Positions 48,172-61,223 of a stretch of 64,000 nucleotides of DNA are shown here, piece after piece. Origin of the DNA: Deltaproteobacteria bacterium (GTDB lineage: Bacteria > Desulfobacterota > Desulfuromonadia > Geobacterales > Pseudopelobacteraceae); NCBI GenBank assembly GCA_016182975.1, contig JACPFJ010000028.1, positions 4,948 through 68,947 on the forward strand, given 5' to 3'. Position 1 is the stretch's first letter. Each line of letters starts with the position of its first letter. The translations under genes were made by a program, and so were the position numbers. A model generated the notes under the pieces. That model saw only the letters and a program-made list of their open reading frames with translations, made no database searches and was not told the DNA's origin.

Positions 48172-50598
48172 ATGACGGAACGAAGGAAGACGCTGCTGGC
48201 GCTTGGGGTGCTGCTCGGCGTCCTGATCCTCTTCTTCGGCAAGATCCTCTTCACCGACAAGATCATCAGGGCGCCGGACATCATCAACGAATACTACTGG
48301 AGCGTGGTCAGCCTCTCCAAGCAGAGCCTGGGCGATGTCTTCAGGCTGCATCTCAGCGCCGACTGGGACATCTTCAACAACACCGGCAACACCCTGGAGG
48401 GGGGAGGACAGGGAAACAGGTTCCTCTTCTGGCAGGGGCTGCTCTACAAGCTGATCCCGCCGCCGGCCAGCGTGGCCTGGTTCATCGTGCTGCACCTTTT
48501 CGCCGCCGCCGCCGGCGTCTTCATGCTCTGCCGGGCCATCGGCTGCGGCAGGTTGGCGGCGGTCGCCGCCGGGCTGGTGTTCGCCCTGGCGCCGGAGAAC
48601 GCCTCGCTGATCAACGCCGGCCACGTGCTGAAGATCGCCACCATCTGCGTGGCGCCGTGGGCCTTTTATTTCCTGGAGCGGGGCCTCCAGAGCCGCCGCC
48701 CCCTATTCTTCATGACCGCCGGCTTTGTCCTGGCCCTGCAGTTCTTCTACACCCACTGGCAGATCGCCTTCTATACCTGCCTGGCCGTGGCCCTCTACGC
48801 CCTCACGAGGAGCGCCGCCATCATCATGGCCGAAAGGCAGGAACGGCCACGCCTGGCCGGAAGGCTGTTCTTGCTCAACCTCGTGGTCCTGGTCTTTTTC
48901 CTCACCACCGTGGCCATGGACCTGATGCCTCTGGCCAAGTGGTCCAGCGAGACCAACCGCGGCGCCCTTTCCGGCGCCAACCAGGGGAAGGGGGGGCTCA
49001 ACCGCGAGGAGGCCATGCTCTGGTCCATGCCGCCGGAAGAGCTGGCGGCCTTCGCCATTCCCGGCATGTTCGGCTTCTCCCGCCAGGAGGGGGGTGAAAA
49101 TCCCACCAACATCGGCGCCTACTACTGGGGGCGGATGATCTTCACCCAGACCACCAGCTATCTGGGGCTGCTCCCCTGGCTGCTCTTGCCCCTGCCGCTC
49201 CTCTTCCGCCGCGACCGCTACACCTGGATCGCCCTGGCCGGGGTCGTGCTGGGCCTTTTGTTCTCGATGGGGAAGTTCACCCCCTTCTACAACCTCCTCT
49301 TCGACCACTTCCCGGGGGTCAACCGCTTTCGCGTCCCGAAGATGATCATGTTCATCCCGGTACTCGCCATGGCGTTTTTGAGCGGGATCGGACTGACTCT
49401 CCTGCGTGACGAGGCGGTGCGGACCGCGCGGAGATTCAGGGGATACCTGCTGGCGGTCGCCGCCCTGCCGCTGCTCTTGCTCCTGCTGTTGGCCGTGGAG
49501 AAGGCGGGGGAGGCGTTCTGGATCACGAGCCTCATGGAACTGCTGGCCCAGCCGACCCGCTATCAGCAGGGTGCACAACTGGTGGCGCAGCGCTGGAACA
49601 ACCTCGTCGCGGAAACCGCTATCGCGGCCGCTTTCGCGGCGGCCTACGCCCTGGTCCTCTGGGTGGGCTGCCGGCGGCCGCGACTTGCCACGGCCGTGCC
49701 GCTCCTGCTCGTCCTGCTGTTCCTGGCGGACGTGGGGCGGGTGAACGCCAAGTTCCTCTTTCTGGTCGATGAACCGCGGGAGACCTCCCACGCATTCACC
49801 ACCCCGGCCATCGAGTTCCTGCGCACCAAGCCGCACGAGTACCGGGTGCTGCCGATGAACGGCACGTCGGGGCCGTACTCGGCCAAAAGGATACCGGTGC
49901 TCTTCGTCCCGATGCCGGTGCAACAGCAGCGCTGGCAGGAGTTTCTCGACGCCCTGGTCCTGACCAGCGCCATGCCGGATATCGTCAACCTGAAATACCT
50001 GGTCATGAGCGGGGAGCAGTACCAGCGGGAAAAGGGGAGTATCGGCGACCGCTACGTTCCGGTCTTCCAGGCGCCGGACGGGAGCGAGGTGGTGCTGGAG
50101 AACCGCCGGGTGCTTCCCAAGGGGTGGCTGGTGCCGTCGGTGGCGCTGGCAAGCCGGCCGGGGGAGGCGCTGACCCTCATGCAGAACAGCGCCTTCGATC
50201 CGCGCCGCCTGGCCATTGTGGAAGTGGCGCCGCCGTTCGCGATGTCGCCGCCGGACAGGGCCGCCGGCGGGGCGGGTGAGGTGGTTCTCGGCCGCTACGA
50301 GGGGCTGCGGATCGACCTGACCGCAAGAGCAACGGTCAATGCCCTGCTGGTCCTGGGGGAGAAGTACTACCAGGGGTGGAAAGCGACGGTGGACGGCAGG
50401 CCGGCCGAGATCCAGCGGGTCAACCACATCCTGCGCGGGGTCTATCTCACCCCCGGAGAGCACCGGGTCGAGTTCGTCTTCGATCCGCTGCCGTTCAAGA
50501 TCGGCAAGTACCTGACCCTGGCCTCGTTCGCCCTGTTCGCCGCCCTGCTGGTGCGGGAGTGGCTGCTGCGCCGCGGCAGGGTGAGGAGTGAGGAGTGA
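48172..50598 (+). CDS. YfhO-family polytopic membrane protein (GT-C-like)
   Basis: Many TM helices; C-terminal YYQGWKATVDG..VNHILRGV.L.PGEH.V.F. Confidence 0.82.
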   Translation: MTERRKTLLALGVLLGVLILFFGKILFTDKIIRAPDIINEYYWSVVSLSKQSLGDVFRLHLSADWDIFNNTGNTLEGGGQGNRFLFWQGLLYKLIPPPASVAWFIVLHLFAAAAGVFMLCRAIGCGRLAAVAAGLVFALAPENASLINAGHVLKIATICVAPWAFYFLERGLQSRRPLFFMTAGFVLALQFFYTHWQIAFYTCLAVALYALTRSAAIIMAERQERPRLAGRLFLLNLVVLVFFLTTVAMDLMPLAKWSSETNRGALSGANQGKGGLNREEAMLWSMPPEELAAFAIPGMFGFSRQEGGENPTNIGAYYWGRMIFTQTTSYLGLLPWLLLPLPLLFRRDRYTWIALAGVVLGLLFSMGKFTPFYNLLFDHFPGVNRFRVPKMIMFIPVLAMAFLSGIGLTLLRDEAVRTARRFRGYLLAVAALPLLLLLLLAVEKAGEAFWITSLMELLAQPTRYQQGAQLVAQRWNNLVAETAIAAAFAAAYALVLWVGCRRPRLATAVPLLLVLLFLADVGRVNAKFLFLVDEPRETSHAFTTPAIEFLRTKPHEYRVLPMNGTSGPYSAKRIPVLFVPMPVQQQRWQEFLDALVLTSAMPDIVNLKYLVMSGEQYQREKGSIGDRYVPVFQAPDGSEVVLENRRVLPKGWLVPSVALASRPGEALTLMQNSAFDPRRLAIVEVAPPFAMSPPDRAAGGAGEVVLGRYEGLRIDLTARATVNALLVLGEKYYQGWKATVDGRPAEIQRVNHILRGVYLTPGEHRVEFVFDPLPFKIGKYLTLASFALFAALLVREWLLRRGRVRSEE

Positions 50599-50609
50599 GG
50601 AGTGAGGAG
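50581..50609. repeat. Heptamer repeat (GTGAGGA) x4 across a gene junction
   Basis: gtgagga x4, containing the upstream TGA and the downstream GTG. Confidence 0.85.
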
Positions 50610-51320
50610 ACCATCGACGAGGTGAAGGGGTACGGCCTGCGGATCATCCAGCCGCGCCACGGTTACCGTTTTTCGCTGGACCCCCTCCTCCTGGCCGATT
50701 TCGTCGCCTGCGGCGATGATGCCCGTATCGTCGACCTGGGGTCCGGCTGCGGGGTGCTGGCGCTGCTCCTGGCAAGGCGCTTCCCCGGCTCCTCCGTGGT
50801 GGCGGTGGAGAAGCAGGCCGCCATGGCGGATCTCGCCCGGAGGAACGCCGCTCTCAACGCCCTCGCGGAGCGGGTCGCGGTGCTGGAGGTAGACGTCCTC
50901 GACCTGCGGAGCCGATTCGCCGTGTCCGGCTTCGACGCCGTGGTCTCCAACCCCCCCTTCCGCGTCCCCGGCACGGGACGCGTCAGCCCCAGGGAGGGGC
51001 GCGACCTGGCGCGGCACGAGTCCACGGCCGGGCTGGCCGACTTCCTGCTGGCGGCCAAGTACCTGGTCAGGCCGGCGGGGCGGATCTTCTTCATCCACCA
51101 CCCCTCGCGCCTGGCGGAGTTCGCGGCCCTGGCGAGGGAAAACCGGCTGGCGCTCATCAGGCTGAGGCTGGTGCACGGCAGGATCGGGGGCGAGGCGGGG
51201 ATGTTCCTGGCCGAGCTGGCCAAGGGGAGCAGGGGGGCGACCACGGTCATGCCGCCTTTGATCGTCTACGGCGAGGACGGGGGGTACACCCCGGAGGTGC
51301 GGGCGATACTGGGGGAGTGA
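50595..51320 (+). CDS. tRNA1(Val) A37 N6-methyltransferase-like protein
   Basis: GYRFSLDPLLL, DLGSGCG, SNPPF, ARHE. Confidence 0.87.
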   Translation: MRSEETIDEVKGYGLRIIQPRHGYRFSLDPLLLADFVACGDDARIVDLGSGCGVLALLLARRFPGSSVVAVEKQAAMADLARRNAALNALAERVAVLEVDVLDLRSRFAVSGFDAVVSNPPFRVPGTGRVSPREGRDLARHESTAGLADFLLAAKYLVRPAGRIFFIHHPSRLAEFAALARENRLALIRLRLVHGRIGGEAGMFLAELAKGSRGATTVMPPLIVYGEDGGYTPEVRAILGE

Positions 51321-51470
51321 GCAGGGGACGCCGGCGGCTGCTCCGGATGAGTTGCCGGCCTTGCTGCAGGCGGAGTCTGTCCCGCTGTTGTCCGGCTGCG
51401 AGATTATTGTCTTGCCGTATCTGATTTCGGCGCTATCCTGCTTGTAAGATCGTACGAAGGAAGGCGTGAA

Positions 51471-52373
51471 ATGGCAAATCTCTGGACGGCAATCGGACTG
51501 ACGCTCCTGGCGGGGCTGGCCACAGGCATCGGCAGCGCGATCGCTTTTTTTGCCAAGCGGACGGACTACCGCTTTCTTTCTGTTGCGACGGGCTTTTCGG
51601 CCGGGGTGATGCTCTACGTCTCGTTCGTGGAGATATTCTTCGAGGGGGGAAAGTCGCTGGGCAGGGTGTACGGGGAGTACTGGGGGCATTGGGTGAACGC
51701 GGCCGCGTTCTTCGGCGGCATCGTCCTGATCGGCCTCATCGACAACCTGGTTCCCGCGGCGGAGAACCCCCACGAGACCCATTCCGAGCAGGAGACGGCC
51801 CCGCTGCGCAACGAATCCGCGCCCATGCCGCTCTTCAATATCGTCGCTGCCGAACCCGACCGTCTCCCCTTCGGCACCCACGACCACCACTTGCAGAACC
51901 GAAAACTCCATCGCATGGGGCTGTTCACGGCGCTGGCGATAGGGATTCACAACCTGCCCGAGGGGCTGGCGACCTTTCTCGCCGCCCTGGAAAACCCCAA
52001 GGTTGGCGTGGCAATCGCGATTGCCATTGCCCTGCACAACATCCCCGAGGGGATAAGCGTTTCTGTGCCGATCTTCTACGCCACCGGCGATCGCCGCAAG
52101 GCCTTTGTCTATTCGCTCTTGAGCGGCCTTGCGGAACCGGTCGGCGCGGGTATCGCCTACCTGGCGCTGGTGATGTTCCTGGGGGGCGATTCCGGCGCGA
52201 TCCCGCCGCAGATAACCGGCATCCTCCTGAGCGGCGTGGCCGGTATCATGGTCTTCATCAGCCTCGATGAGCTGCTGCCGACGAGCCGGGCCTACGGCAA
52301 GGGGCACGACAGCGTCTACGGGCTGGTGGCGGGCATGGGCGTCATGTCGCTGAGCCTCTTGCTGATGAAGTGA
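51471..52373 (+). CDS. zupT: ZIP family zinc transporter
   Basis: [29 protein letters not shown]. Confidence 0.93.
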   Translation: MANLWTAIGLTLLAGLATGIGSAIAFFAKRTDYRFLSVATGFSAGVMLYVSFVEIFFEGGKSLGRVYGEYWGHWVNAAAFFGGIVLIGLIDNLVPAAENPHETHSEQETAPLRNESAPMPLFNIVAAEPDRLPFGTHDHHLQNRKLHRMGLFTALAIGIHNLPEGLATFLAALENPKVGVAIAIAIALHNIPEGISVSVPIFYATGDRRKAFVYSLLSGLAEPVGAGIAYLALVMFLGGDSGAIPPQITGILLSGVAGIMVFISLDELLPTSRAYGKGHDSVYGLVAGMGVMSLSLLLMK

Positions 52374-52400
52374 GGCGGCCGCGCAGGGGGCGGGGAAAGA

Positions 52401-52431
52401 GAAAGGGCGCCCGGTCAGGGCGCCCTTTTTT
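52401..52431. terminator. Intrinsic terminator between convergent genes
   Basis: aaagggcgcc-cggtcag-ggcgcccttttttt. Confidence 0.8.
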
Positions 52432-52451
52432 GCTGTCTGCCGCCGGGTTAA

Positions 52452-53318
52452 TCACCGGCGAATCAAAAGGATCAGTTCCATCTTTTCCCCCTCGCCCACA
52501 TGGATCGGAAAGCAGAGGGCGGTGTGCCCCTCGGGCACCGGCAGGCCGGTTGCCGGGGGGTGGATGGCGACCGGGGGGTTGATGTCGATGATTGCGCCCA
52601 TCTGCGAGGCCTTGGCGGCCACGTTGCCGCAGACTACGTTGACGAACTCCATGACCGTGTCTTCCAGCACCTCCGTAGGCTCGTTCTCCACGGACTCTTC
52701 CCGCAGGATGGCCCTGGCGACCCTCTTCTGGAGACCCTGCGAAACCGAGATGAGGTAGCGCGCCTGCACATCGCCGCTAAGGTCCATGGCCGCCATCATG
52801 AAGTTAGCGTCCAGCGAGGCGACCGACCGGCATTTCTCCGCCCGGAACTGGATATCCAGCACGCGGGTGATCATCTTGTAGGTCAGGTCGGCGGTCATCT
52901 CCCATATCCTGCTGTTGGGAACGCCGGCGGGAAGCTCGATCCGGTCGGTCACGTAGCGCGCCTGGTCGGCCTTGAATTCCTCCAGGTATTGGCGCAACTG
53001 CGCGGAGGTCAGGGCGCCCACCAGGACCAGGGCCTCGCCGATGTAGAGGTGGGTCTCCTTCTGCCGCGCAATGACCACGCCCAGCCGCTCGATTGTCAGG
53101 ATGCCCATCTCCACCAGCAGGTCGCCCAGTTTCATGTCCTTGGAAAGCTGGGCATTGTGGGCGCGGTCGATATCCTTTTGGGTGACGTAGCCCATTGCCA
53201 GCGCCATTTCGCCGAGCTTAAGGTTCTTCTGTTCCTGCAACTCGATCGCCTTGAGAAGACCATCGCGGGAAACGATCCCTTTTTCCACCAGAAACTGCCC
53301 GAAGAATTTAACCGCCAT
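52452..53318 (-). CDS. CheX-like phosphatase fused to N-terminal MshEN-like repeats
   Basis: Four xLGxxLxxxG..Q repeats; C-terminal EFVNVVCGN (ExxN) and INPP. Confidence 0.78.
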   Translation of the reverse strand: MAVKFFGQFLVEKGIVSRDGLLKAIELQEQKNLKLGEMALAMGYVTQKDIDRAHNAQLSKDMKLGDLLVEMGILTIERLGVVIARQKETHLYIGEALVLVGALTSAQLRQYLEEFKADQARYVTDRIELPAGVPNSRIWEMTADLTYKMITRVLDIQFRAEKCRSVASLDANFMMAAMDLSGDVQARYLISVSQGLQKRVARAILREESVENEPTEVLEDTVMEFVNVVCGNVAAKASQMGAIIDINPPVAIHPPATGLPVPEGHTALCFPIHVGEGEKMELILLIRR

Positions 53319-53363
53319 GTTCAGATCCCTTGTATGTGATTAAATAGAAGTACCGGAGATATC

Positions 53364-53723
53364 TCAGAGCTGCCGCAGGATCTGCAGGACGTTGTCAGGC
53401 TCGAACGGTTTGGAAATGACGTTCTTGGCCCCCAATTTGAGCGCCTCGGTGAACTTGTCCCCGACGCCCCCCAGCGAGGTGACCATGACCACCTTGACCT
53501 CCTTGTCAAGCACCACCAGGCTGCGCAGGGCGGTCAGCCCGTCCATGCCGGGCATGTTCATGTCCATGCAGATGATGTCGGGGTTATCCGTATGGTTCAT
53601 CTTGATGGCCTCGGCGCCGTTTTTCGCATGCCCGATGCAGGTGAACTCACCGGATTCGTTGATGATCTTTTCGAGTTGACGGGCCACCGAAAGGCTGTCG
53701 TCGACTACCAGGATACTTTTCAT
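53364..53723 (-). CDS. CheY-like single-domain response regulator
   Basis: ILVVDD, MDMNMPGMDG, ISKPF. Confidence 0.9.
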   Translation of the reverse strand: MKSILVVDDSLSVARQLEKIINESGEFTCIGHAKNGAEAIKMNHTDNPDIICMDMNMPGMDGLTALRSLVVLDKEVKVVMVTSLGGVGDKFTEALKLGAKNVISKPFEPDNVLQILRQL

Positions 53724-53914
53724 CAGCTGTTTTCCTCCTCGTCTTGAGACGGTCGGCCAAAACCAGTGGTCCCCGCTGCGGAACGCGAACCGTGGGAACA
53801 CGTCGCAACATATATACGAAACAGGTTTGAAAGTCAAAACTATGTTTACCTTTTCACACCGGCCAATATATGCTATAAAAATAGACTATTCCACTCACAA
53901 GGAGACACATTGCG

Positions 53915-54952
53915 ATGTACGCACCCCATCACGTAAAACATGCCGCCATGCTGCTGTTCGCGGCGCTGCTCGGCTTCGGGACAATGGCCGCGGCGGCTGA
54001 ATCCGATCAGAAGGCGCCCCCGGCGGCGAAGGCGGCCGAACCGGCGAAGGCGGCCCCAGTGGAGAAGGTTGCCGAGGTCGTTGCCAGGGTAAACGGCGCT
54101 GAGATAAGGGAGATCGAGTTGCGGCGGGCCAAGAAGATCATCATGTCGGGCCAGCCCGGCCTGCAGATCCCCCCCGAGCGGCAGAAGGAGTTCGATCAGC
54201 AGGCGCTCTCCCAGCTCGTCTCCACGGAGCTGCTCTACCAGGCGGCACAGAAGCTGGCGGTGAAGGACCTAGACAAGCGGGTGGACGAGAAGCTGGCCGA
54301 GAGCAAGGCGCGTTTCGGAAACGGAGAGGATTTCGCCAAGGCGATCAAGGCCCTGGACATGGGCGAGAGCGAGCTGCGCGAGTACACTCGCCGCGACCTG
54401 CTCATCTCGAATTTCATCGACCAGGAGATCGTGGCCAAGATCAAGGTCGGCGAGGAGGATGGCAAGAAGTTCTACGACCAGAACCTGGACAAGTTCACGC
54501 GCGGCGAGACGGTGCGGGCAAGTCACATCCTGATCGGCATAGACCCCAAGGCCACCGCCGAGGAGAAGAAACAGGCCCGCGAGAAGGCGGAGAAGCTGCG
54601 CAAGGAAGTGGCCGGCGGGGCGGATTTCTCCGTCCTGGCCAAGGGGAATTCGTCCTGTCCCAGCAGCCAGCAGGGGGGCGACCTGGGTGAATTCGGCAAG
54701 GGGCAGATGGTGCCCGCATTCGAACAGGCCGCCTTTGCCCTCAAGCCGGGGGAGATCAGCGACGTGGTCGAGACCCAGTTCGGCTACCACATCATCAAGG
54801 TATCCGACAGGAAGGGGGCGGAGACGACCCCCTTCAAGGAAGTGCGTGAGCGTATCGAGGAGTACCTCAAGGGGCAGAAGGTCTCCGCCGCGGTAGGCGA
54901 TTTCCTGGCCGAGGCCAGGAAGGGCGCCAAGGTGGAGATCCTGCTGAAGTAA
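53915..54952 (+). CDS. Parvulin/PPIC peptidyl-prolyl isomerase (PrsA/SurA-like)
   Basis: Signal peptide; ASHIL, GGDLG, MVPAFE, GYHII. Confidence 0.92.
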   Translation: MYAPHHVKHAAMLLFAALLGFGTMAAAAESDQKAPPAAKAAEPAKAAPVEKVAEVVARVNGAEIREIELRRAKKIIMSGQPGLQIPPERQKEFDQQALSQLVSTELLYQAAQKLAVKDLDKRVDEKLAESKARFGNGEDFAKAIKALDMGESELREYTRRDLLISNFIDQEIVAKIKVGEEDGKKFYDQNLDKFTRGETVRASHILIGIDPKATAEEKKQAREKAEKLRKEVAGGADFSVLAKGNSSCPSSQQGGDLGEFGKGQMVPAFEQAAFALKPGEISDVVETQFGYHIIKVSDRKGAETTPFKEVRERIEEYLKGQKVSAAVGDFLAEARKGAKVEILLK

Positions 54953-54994
54953 AACAATACCCCACAACCTGCAAAGACCACGCGGAGGTCCTCC

Positions 54995-56420
54995 ATGCTG
55001 AATCTGAAAGACCCCACCCTGCTGAAAGAACTGTGCTATCTGAACGGCCGCTGGTCGGACGCCGACAACGGCGCGACCATCGACGTGACCAACCCGGCCA
55101 CGGGCGAAAGGCTGGGGACCGTCCCCAGGATGGGTGGTGACGAGACCCGCCGCGCCATCGAGGGGGCCAACGCCGCCCTGCCGGCCTGGCGGGCGCGAAC
55201 CGCCAAGGAACGCTCCACGGTCCTGCGGCGCTGGTTCGAGCAGATCATGGCGAACCAGGAAGACCTGGCCGTGATCATGACCGCCGAGCAGGGGAAGCCG
55301 CTGGCCGAGTCCAGGGGCGAGATCGCCTATGCCGCCTCGTTCGTCGAATGGTTCGCCGAGGAGGGGAAGCGGGTCTACGGCGACACCATCCCCGGCCATG
55401 CCCCGGACAAGCGCATCGTGGTCATCAAGGAGCCGGTCGGCGTCTGCGCCGCCATCACCCCCTGGAACTTCCCGGCCGCCATGATCACCCGCAAGGCCGG
55501 CCCGGCCCTGGCCGCCGGCTGCACCATGGTGGTCAAACCGGCCAGCGCCACCCCCTATTCCGCCCTGGCCCTGGCCGAGCTGGGGGAGCGCGCCGGCATC
55601 CCGGCCGGGGTCTTCAGCGTGGTCACCGGCTCGGCCGGAGCCATCGGCAACGAGATGACCGCCAACCAGATCGTGCGCAAGCTGACCTTCACCGGCTCGA
55701 CCGCGGTCGGCAAGGAGCTTATGGCCCGTTGCGCCGCCACGGTGAAGAAGGTCTCCCTGGAGCTGGGGGGCAACGCGCCGTTCATCGTCTTCGACGACGC
55801 CGACCTGGACGCGGCGGTGGAGGGGGCGATCGCCTCCAAGTACCGCAACACCGGCCAGACCTGCGTCTGTTCCAACCGCCTGATCATCCAGGCGGGGGTC
55901 TACGACGCCTTTGCCGAGCGGCTGGTGGCGGCGGTCTCCAGGTTGCGTGTCGGGGACGGCCTGAAGGGGGAGGTGCAGCAGGGGCCGCTGATCGACATGG
56001 CCGCCGTGGCCAAGGTGGAGGAGCACATCGCCGATGCCGTGGCCAAGGGGGCGAGGATCATCCTCGGGGGGAGGCGCCACGAGCTGGGGGGGAGCTTCTT
56101 CCATCCGACCATCCTGACCGATGTCACCCCGGACATGCTGGTGGCCCGCGAGGAGACCTTCGGGCCGCTGGCGCCGCTCTTCAGGTTCACGACCGACGAG
56201 GAGGCGGTCGCCATGGCCAACGACACCGAGTTCGGCCCGCGTCTGGAAAGTGGCCGAGGCGCTGGAGTACGGCATGGTGGGGATCAACACCGGCCTTGTC
56301 TCCACCGAGGTGGCCCCCTTCGGCGGCATGAAGGAGTCGGGCATCGGCCGCGAAGGGTCCAGGTACGGCATCGAGGAGTTCATCGAGGTGAAGTACCTCT
56401 GCATCGGCGGGATTCGCTGA
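54995..56420 (+). pseudogene. gabD: Succinate-semialdehyde dehydrogenase, frameshifted near 56237
   Basis: ITPWNFP, LELGGNAP, GQTC, EETFGP; the C-terminus [16 protein letters not shown] lies in a different frame. Confidence 0.85.
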
Positions 56421-56446
56421 ATCCGGATAGCATTCAGGATGGCGCC

Positions 56447-56496
56447 GCAGAGACGGGCCGGTGGGCCGTCTTAGACGCCCCAGCGGGGCGTCTCTA
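56447..56496. repeat. Two degenerate REP-like hairpins (AGAGACG..CGTCTCT)
   Basis: agacgggcc..gggccgtct and agacgcccc-agc-ggggcgtct. Confidence 0.6.
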
Positions 56497-56533
56497 AGAG
56501 GGAGGAATACGATAAATGGAATATATCCGGTAA

Positions 56534-56869
56534 ATGGCAATCGTCCCGATTGACAACCTTGCGGTCGGCATGCTGCTCAGTGGCGATGTCTGCGACCGCA
56601 GCGGCAGGATGCTGCTTCCGGCCGGCGTCGAGCTGACCGAGAGGCACCTCAAGGTCTTCCGCACCTGGGGGGTGCTCGAGGCCGACATCGAGGGGGAGGA
56701 GGGGGGTGAAACAGCGCCGGTCCAAGCCAGCGAGGATGCCGACCCGGTCGGGCTGGCCGCCGCGGAGGAAGGCGTGGGACGGATCTTCCGCCTCAACGAC
56801 CGCGAACATCCCGCCATCATGGAACTGATACGGCTCTGCATCGCACGGAAGGTGGCGGATGTCTCCTGA
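56534..56869 (+). CDS. Hypothetical protein coupled to the HDOD gene
   Basis: L..GM.L..DV..GR.LL..G.ELT motif; overlaps the next gene. Confidence 0.78.
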   Translation: MAIVPIDNLAVGMLLSGDVCDRSGRMLLPAGVELTERHLKVFRTWGVLEADIEGEEGGETAPVQASEDADPVGLAAAEEGVGRIFRLNDREHPAIMELIRLCIARKVADVS

Positions 56870-57726
56870 AGCCGGCGTCGTCTCCATGGAAACCCTTCTG
56901 GAGGGTGTCTCCGCAGTCCCCTCGCTGCCGCTCTTCCATGCGCGGCTGGATGAGGCCATCAATCACCCGCGCAGTTCCATCGCCGATATCTCCAAGATCA
57001 TCTCCGAAGACCAAGGGCTCACCGCCCGCATCCTCAAACTGGCCAACAGCCCGCTGTTCGGCTACTTCTCCCGGATCGACACCATCACCCAGGCGGTCAC
57101 GATCATCGGTGTGCAGCAGGTCAGGGACCTGGCCCTGGCCATCTCGGTCATGGGGCTGTTCAATGGCATCCCAGAGGACCTGGTGACCATGGAGCTGTTC
57201 TGGAAACACAGCATCGCCTGCGGCCTTACCGCACGCATCCTGGCCACCAGCCAGCGTGAGTCGAACCTGGAGCGCTTCTTCGTGGCCGGTATCCTGCACG
57301 ACATCGGCCGCCTGGTGATGTTCATCAACATCCCCGACCTGTGCCGCGCGATGATCGAGCAGTCCCGTTCCGAGGAGAGGCTCTTGTACGAGGTCGAACG
57401 GGAGCGGCTGGGATTCGACCATGGCGACGTGGGCGGCAGCCTGCTGCAGCGCTGGAAGATCCCCCCCCGTGTCGCCGAGCCGGTAGCGTGCCACCACAAC
57501 AGCCGGCATTCCGGACAGTACCCCCGCGAGGCTGCCATCCTCCACCTGGCCGACCTGATTGCCCATGCCCTCGAATTCGGCAGCAGCGGGGAGGGGTGCG
57601 TGCCGCGCCTCGACCTGGGGGCATGGGAGCGGCTGGCCCTTTCTCCCCACCTCTTCCCGTCGCTGGTCAGGGAGATCGACACGCAGTTCTCCGAAACGGT
57701 CAAGATCCTCGATGTGTGTGCCGGCA

Positions 57727-57734
<8 letters not shown>
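56859..57734 (+). CDS. HDOD domain protein
   Basis: [30 protein letters not shown]. Confidence 0.9.
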
Positions 57735-59900
<2,166 letters not shown>

Positions 59901-59904
<4 letters not shown>

Positions 59905-61019
59905 TCGACGAGGTTACGATCCTGGCAGTCGATGACGTCGACCTGAACCTGGAGATGCTGGATGTCATGCTCTCCGATCTGGGGTGCAGCCTGCTCAAGG
60001 CCTGCAACGGCCGGCAGGCCCTGGACGCCCTGGCGCTGAATCCCGCCACGGACATCATCCTGCTCGATCTTGAGATGCCGGTCATGGACGGCTTCGAGGT
60101 GCTCCAAGTCCTGAAGAGCAGCGAGGAATACCGCGAGATCCCGGTCATCGTCGTCACCGCCGACCGCAACGAGGTGATCAGGACCCTTGCCCTGGGGGCC
60201 AACGACTTCCTTGCCAAGCCCTACGATCCGCAGGAGCTCAGGCTGCGGGTCATGAACCATGTCCGCAGCAAAAAACTGAACGATCTCGCCCGCGACATGA
60301 ACGCCGTCCTGGAGGCGGAGGTGGTCAGGAAGACCGCTGCCCTGCGGCAGGCCCTCGATCTGTCCCGTGAGGCGGAATACGAGATAACGCTCAGGCTCGG
60401 CAAGGCCGCCGAGTTCCGCGACCTGGAGACCGGCATGCACACCCGCCGTATCAGCGAGCTCTCCCTGCTGCTCGCCTCGCTGGCAGCCCTCCCGGCCGAG
60501 GAGTGCGAGGAACTGCACCATTGCGCCGCACTGCACGACGTGGGCAAGGTCGGCATCCCGGACCGCATCCTGCTCAAACCGGGCAAGCTGGAGGAGATGG
60601 AATTCACAATCATCAAGCAGCATACCGTGATCGGAGGCAAGATCCTGTCGGAGGCGGACCGTTTTCCGTGCCTCCGCGCCGGGCAGATCGTGGCCCTGCA
60701 GCATCACGAAAAATGGGACGGCAGCGGATATCCCGCCGGGCTCAAAGGCGCCGCTATCCACATCTACGCCCGGATCGTGATGATCGTGGACGTCTTCGAC
60801 GCACTCACCTCCGAACGCCCCTACAAGAAGGTCTTTTCCATCGACAAGGCCCTGGGGATCATGAGGGAGGGGCGCGGCACCTTCTTCGACCCCGATCTGC
60901 TGGACCTTTTCCTGGCGAACATCGAGCAATTCCAACAGTTGAAAGAGGAACTGAGCGACCCGCAGCAGGGCCATGACCCGGCGACGGAGGCCCTCGAACT
61001 GGTCTTGTTGCAGCGATAA
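59901..61019 (+). CDS. Response regulator with an HD-GYP phosphodiesterase domain
   Basis: Receiver domain; [21 protein letters not shown]. Confidence 0.93.
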
Positions 61020-61097
61020 ATAGTGTTGACAATAATCGCGGCAAAATGATATTCGTGTCGGCATTGCCTGCACATAACGCGGTACACATAGCAGCAT

Positions 61098-61207
61098 TTC
61101 TTATCTAGAGCGACCGAGGGACTGGCCCTTTGACGTCGCGGCAACCAGCCTGAGAAGGCAAGGTGCCAATTCCAGCGGGATCGCAAGGTCCCGGGAGATA
61201 AGGAAGA
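61098..61207 (+). ncRNA. SAM-I (S-box) riboswitch
   Basis: CTTATCTAGAG..GAGGGACTGGCCC..GCAACC..GGTGCCAATTCC..GATAAG upstream of Met genes. Confidence 0.93.
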
Positions 61208-61223
61208 GACGAAACCTCTATGG

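Noticed and set aside
56237..56497. Programmed frameshift or novel C-terminus in gabD
   Set aside because: Conserved residues are missing outright and there is no slippery site, which indicates a deletion.
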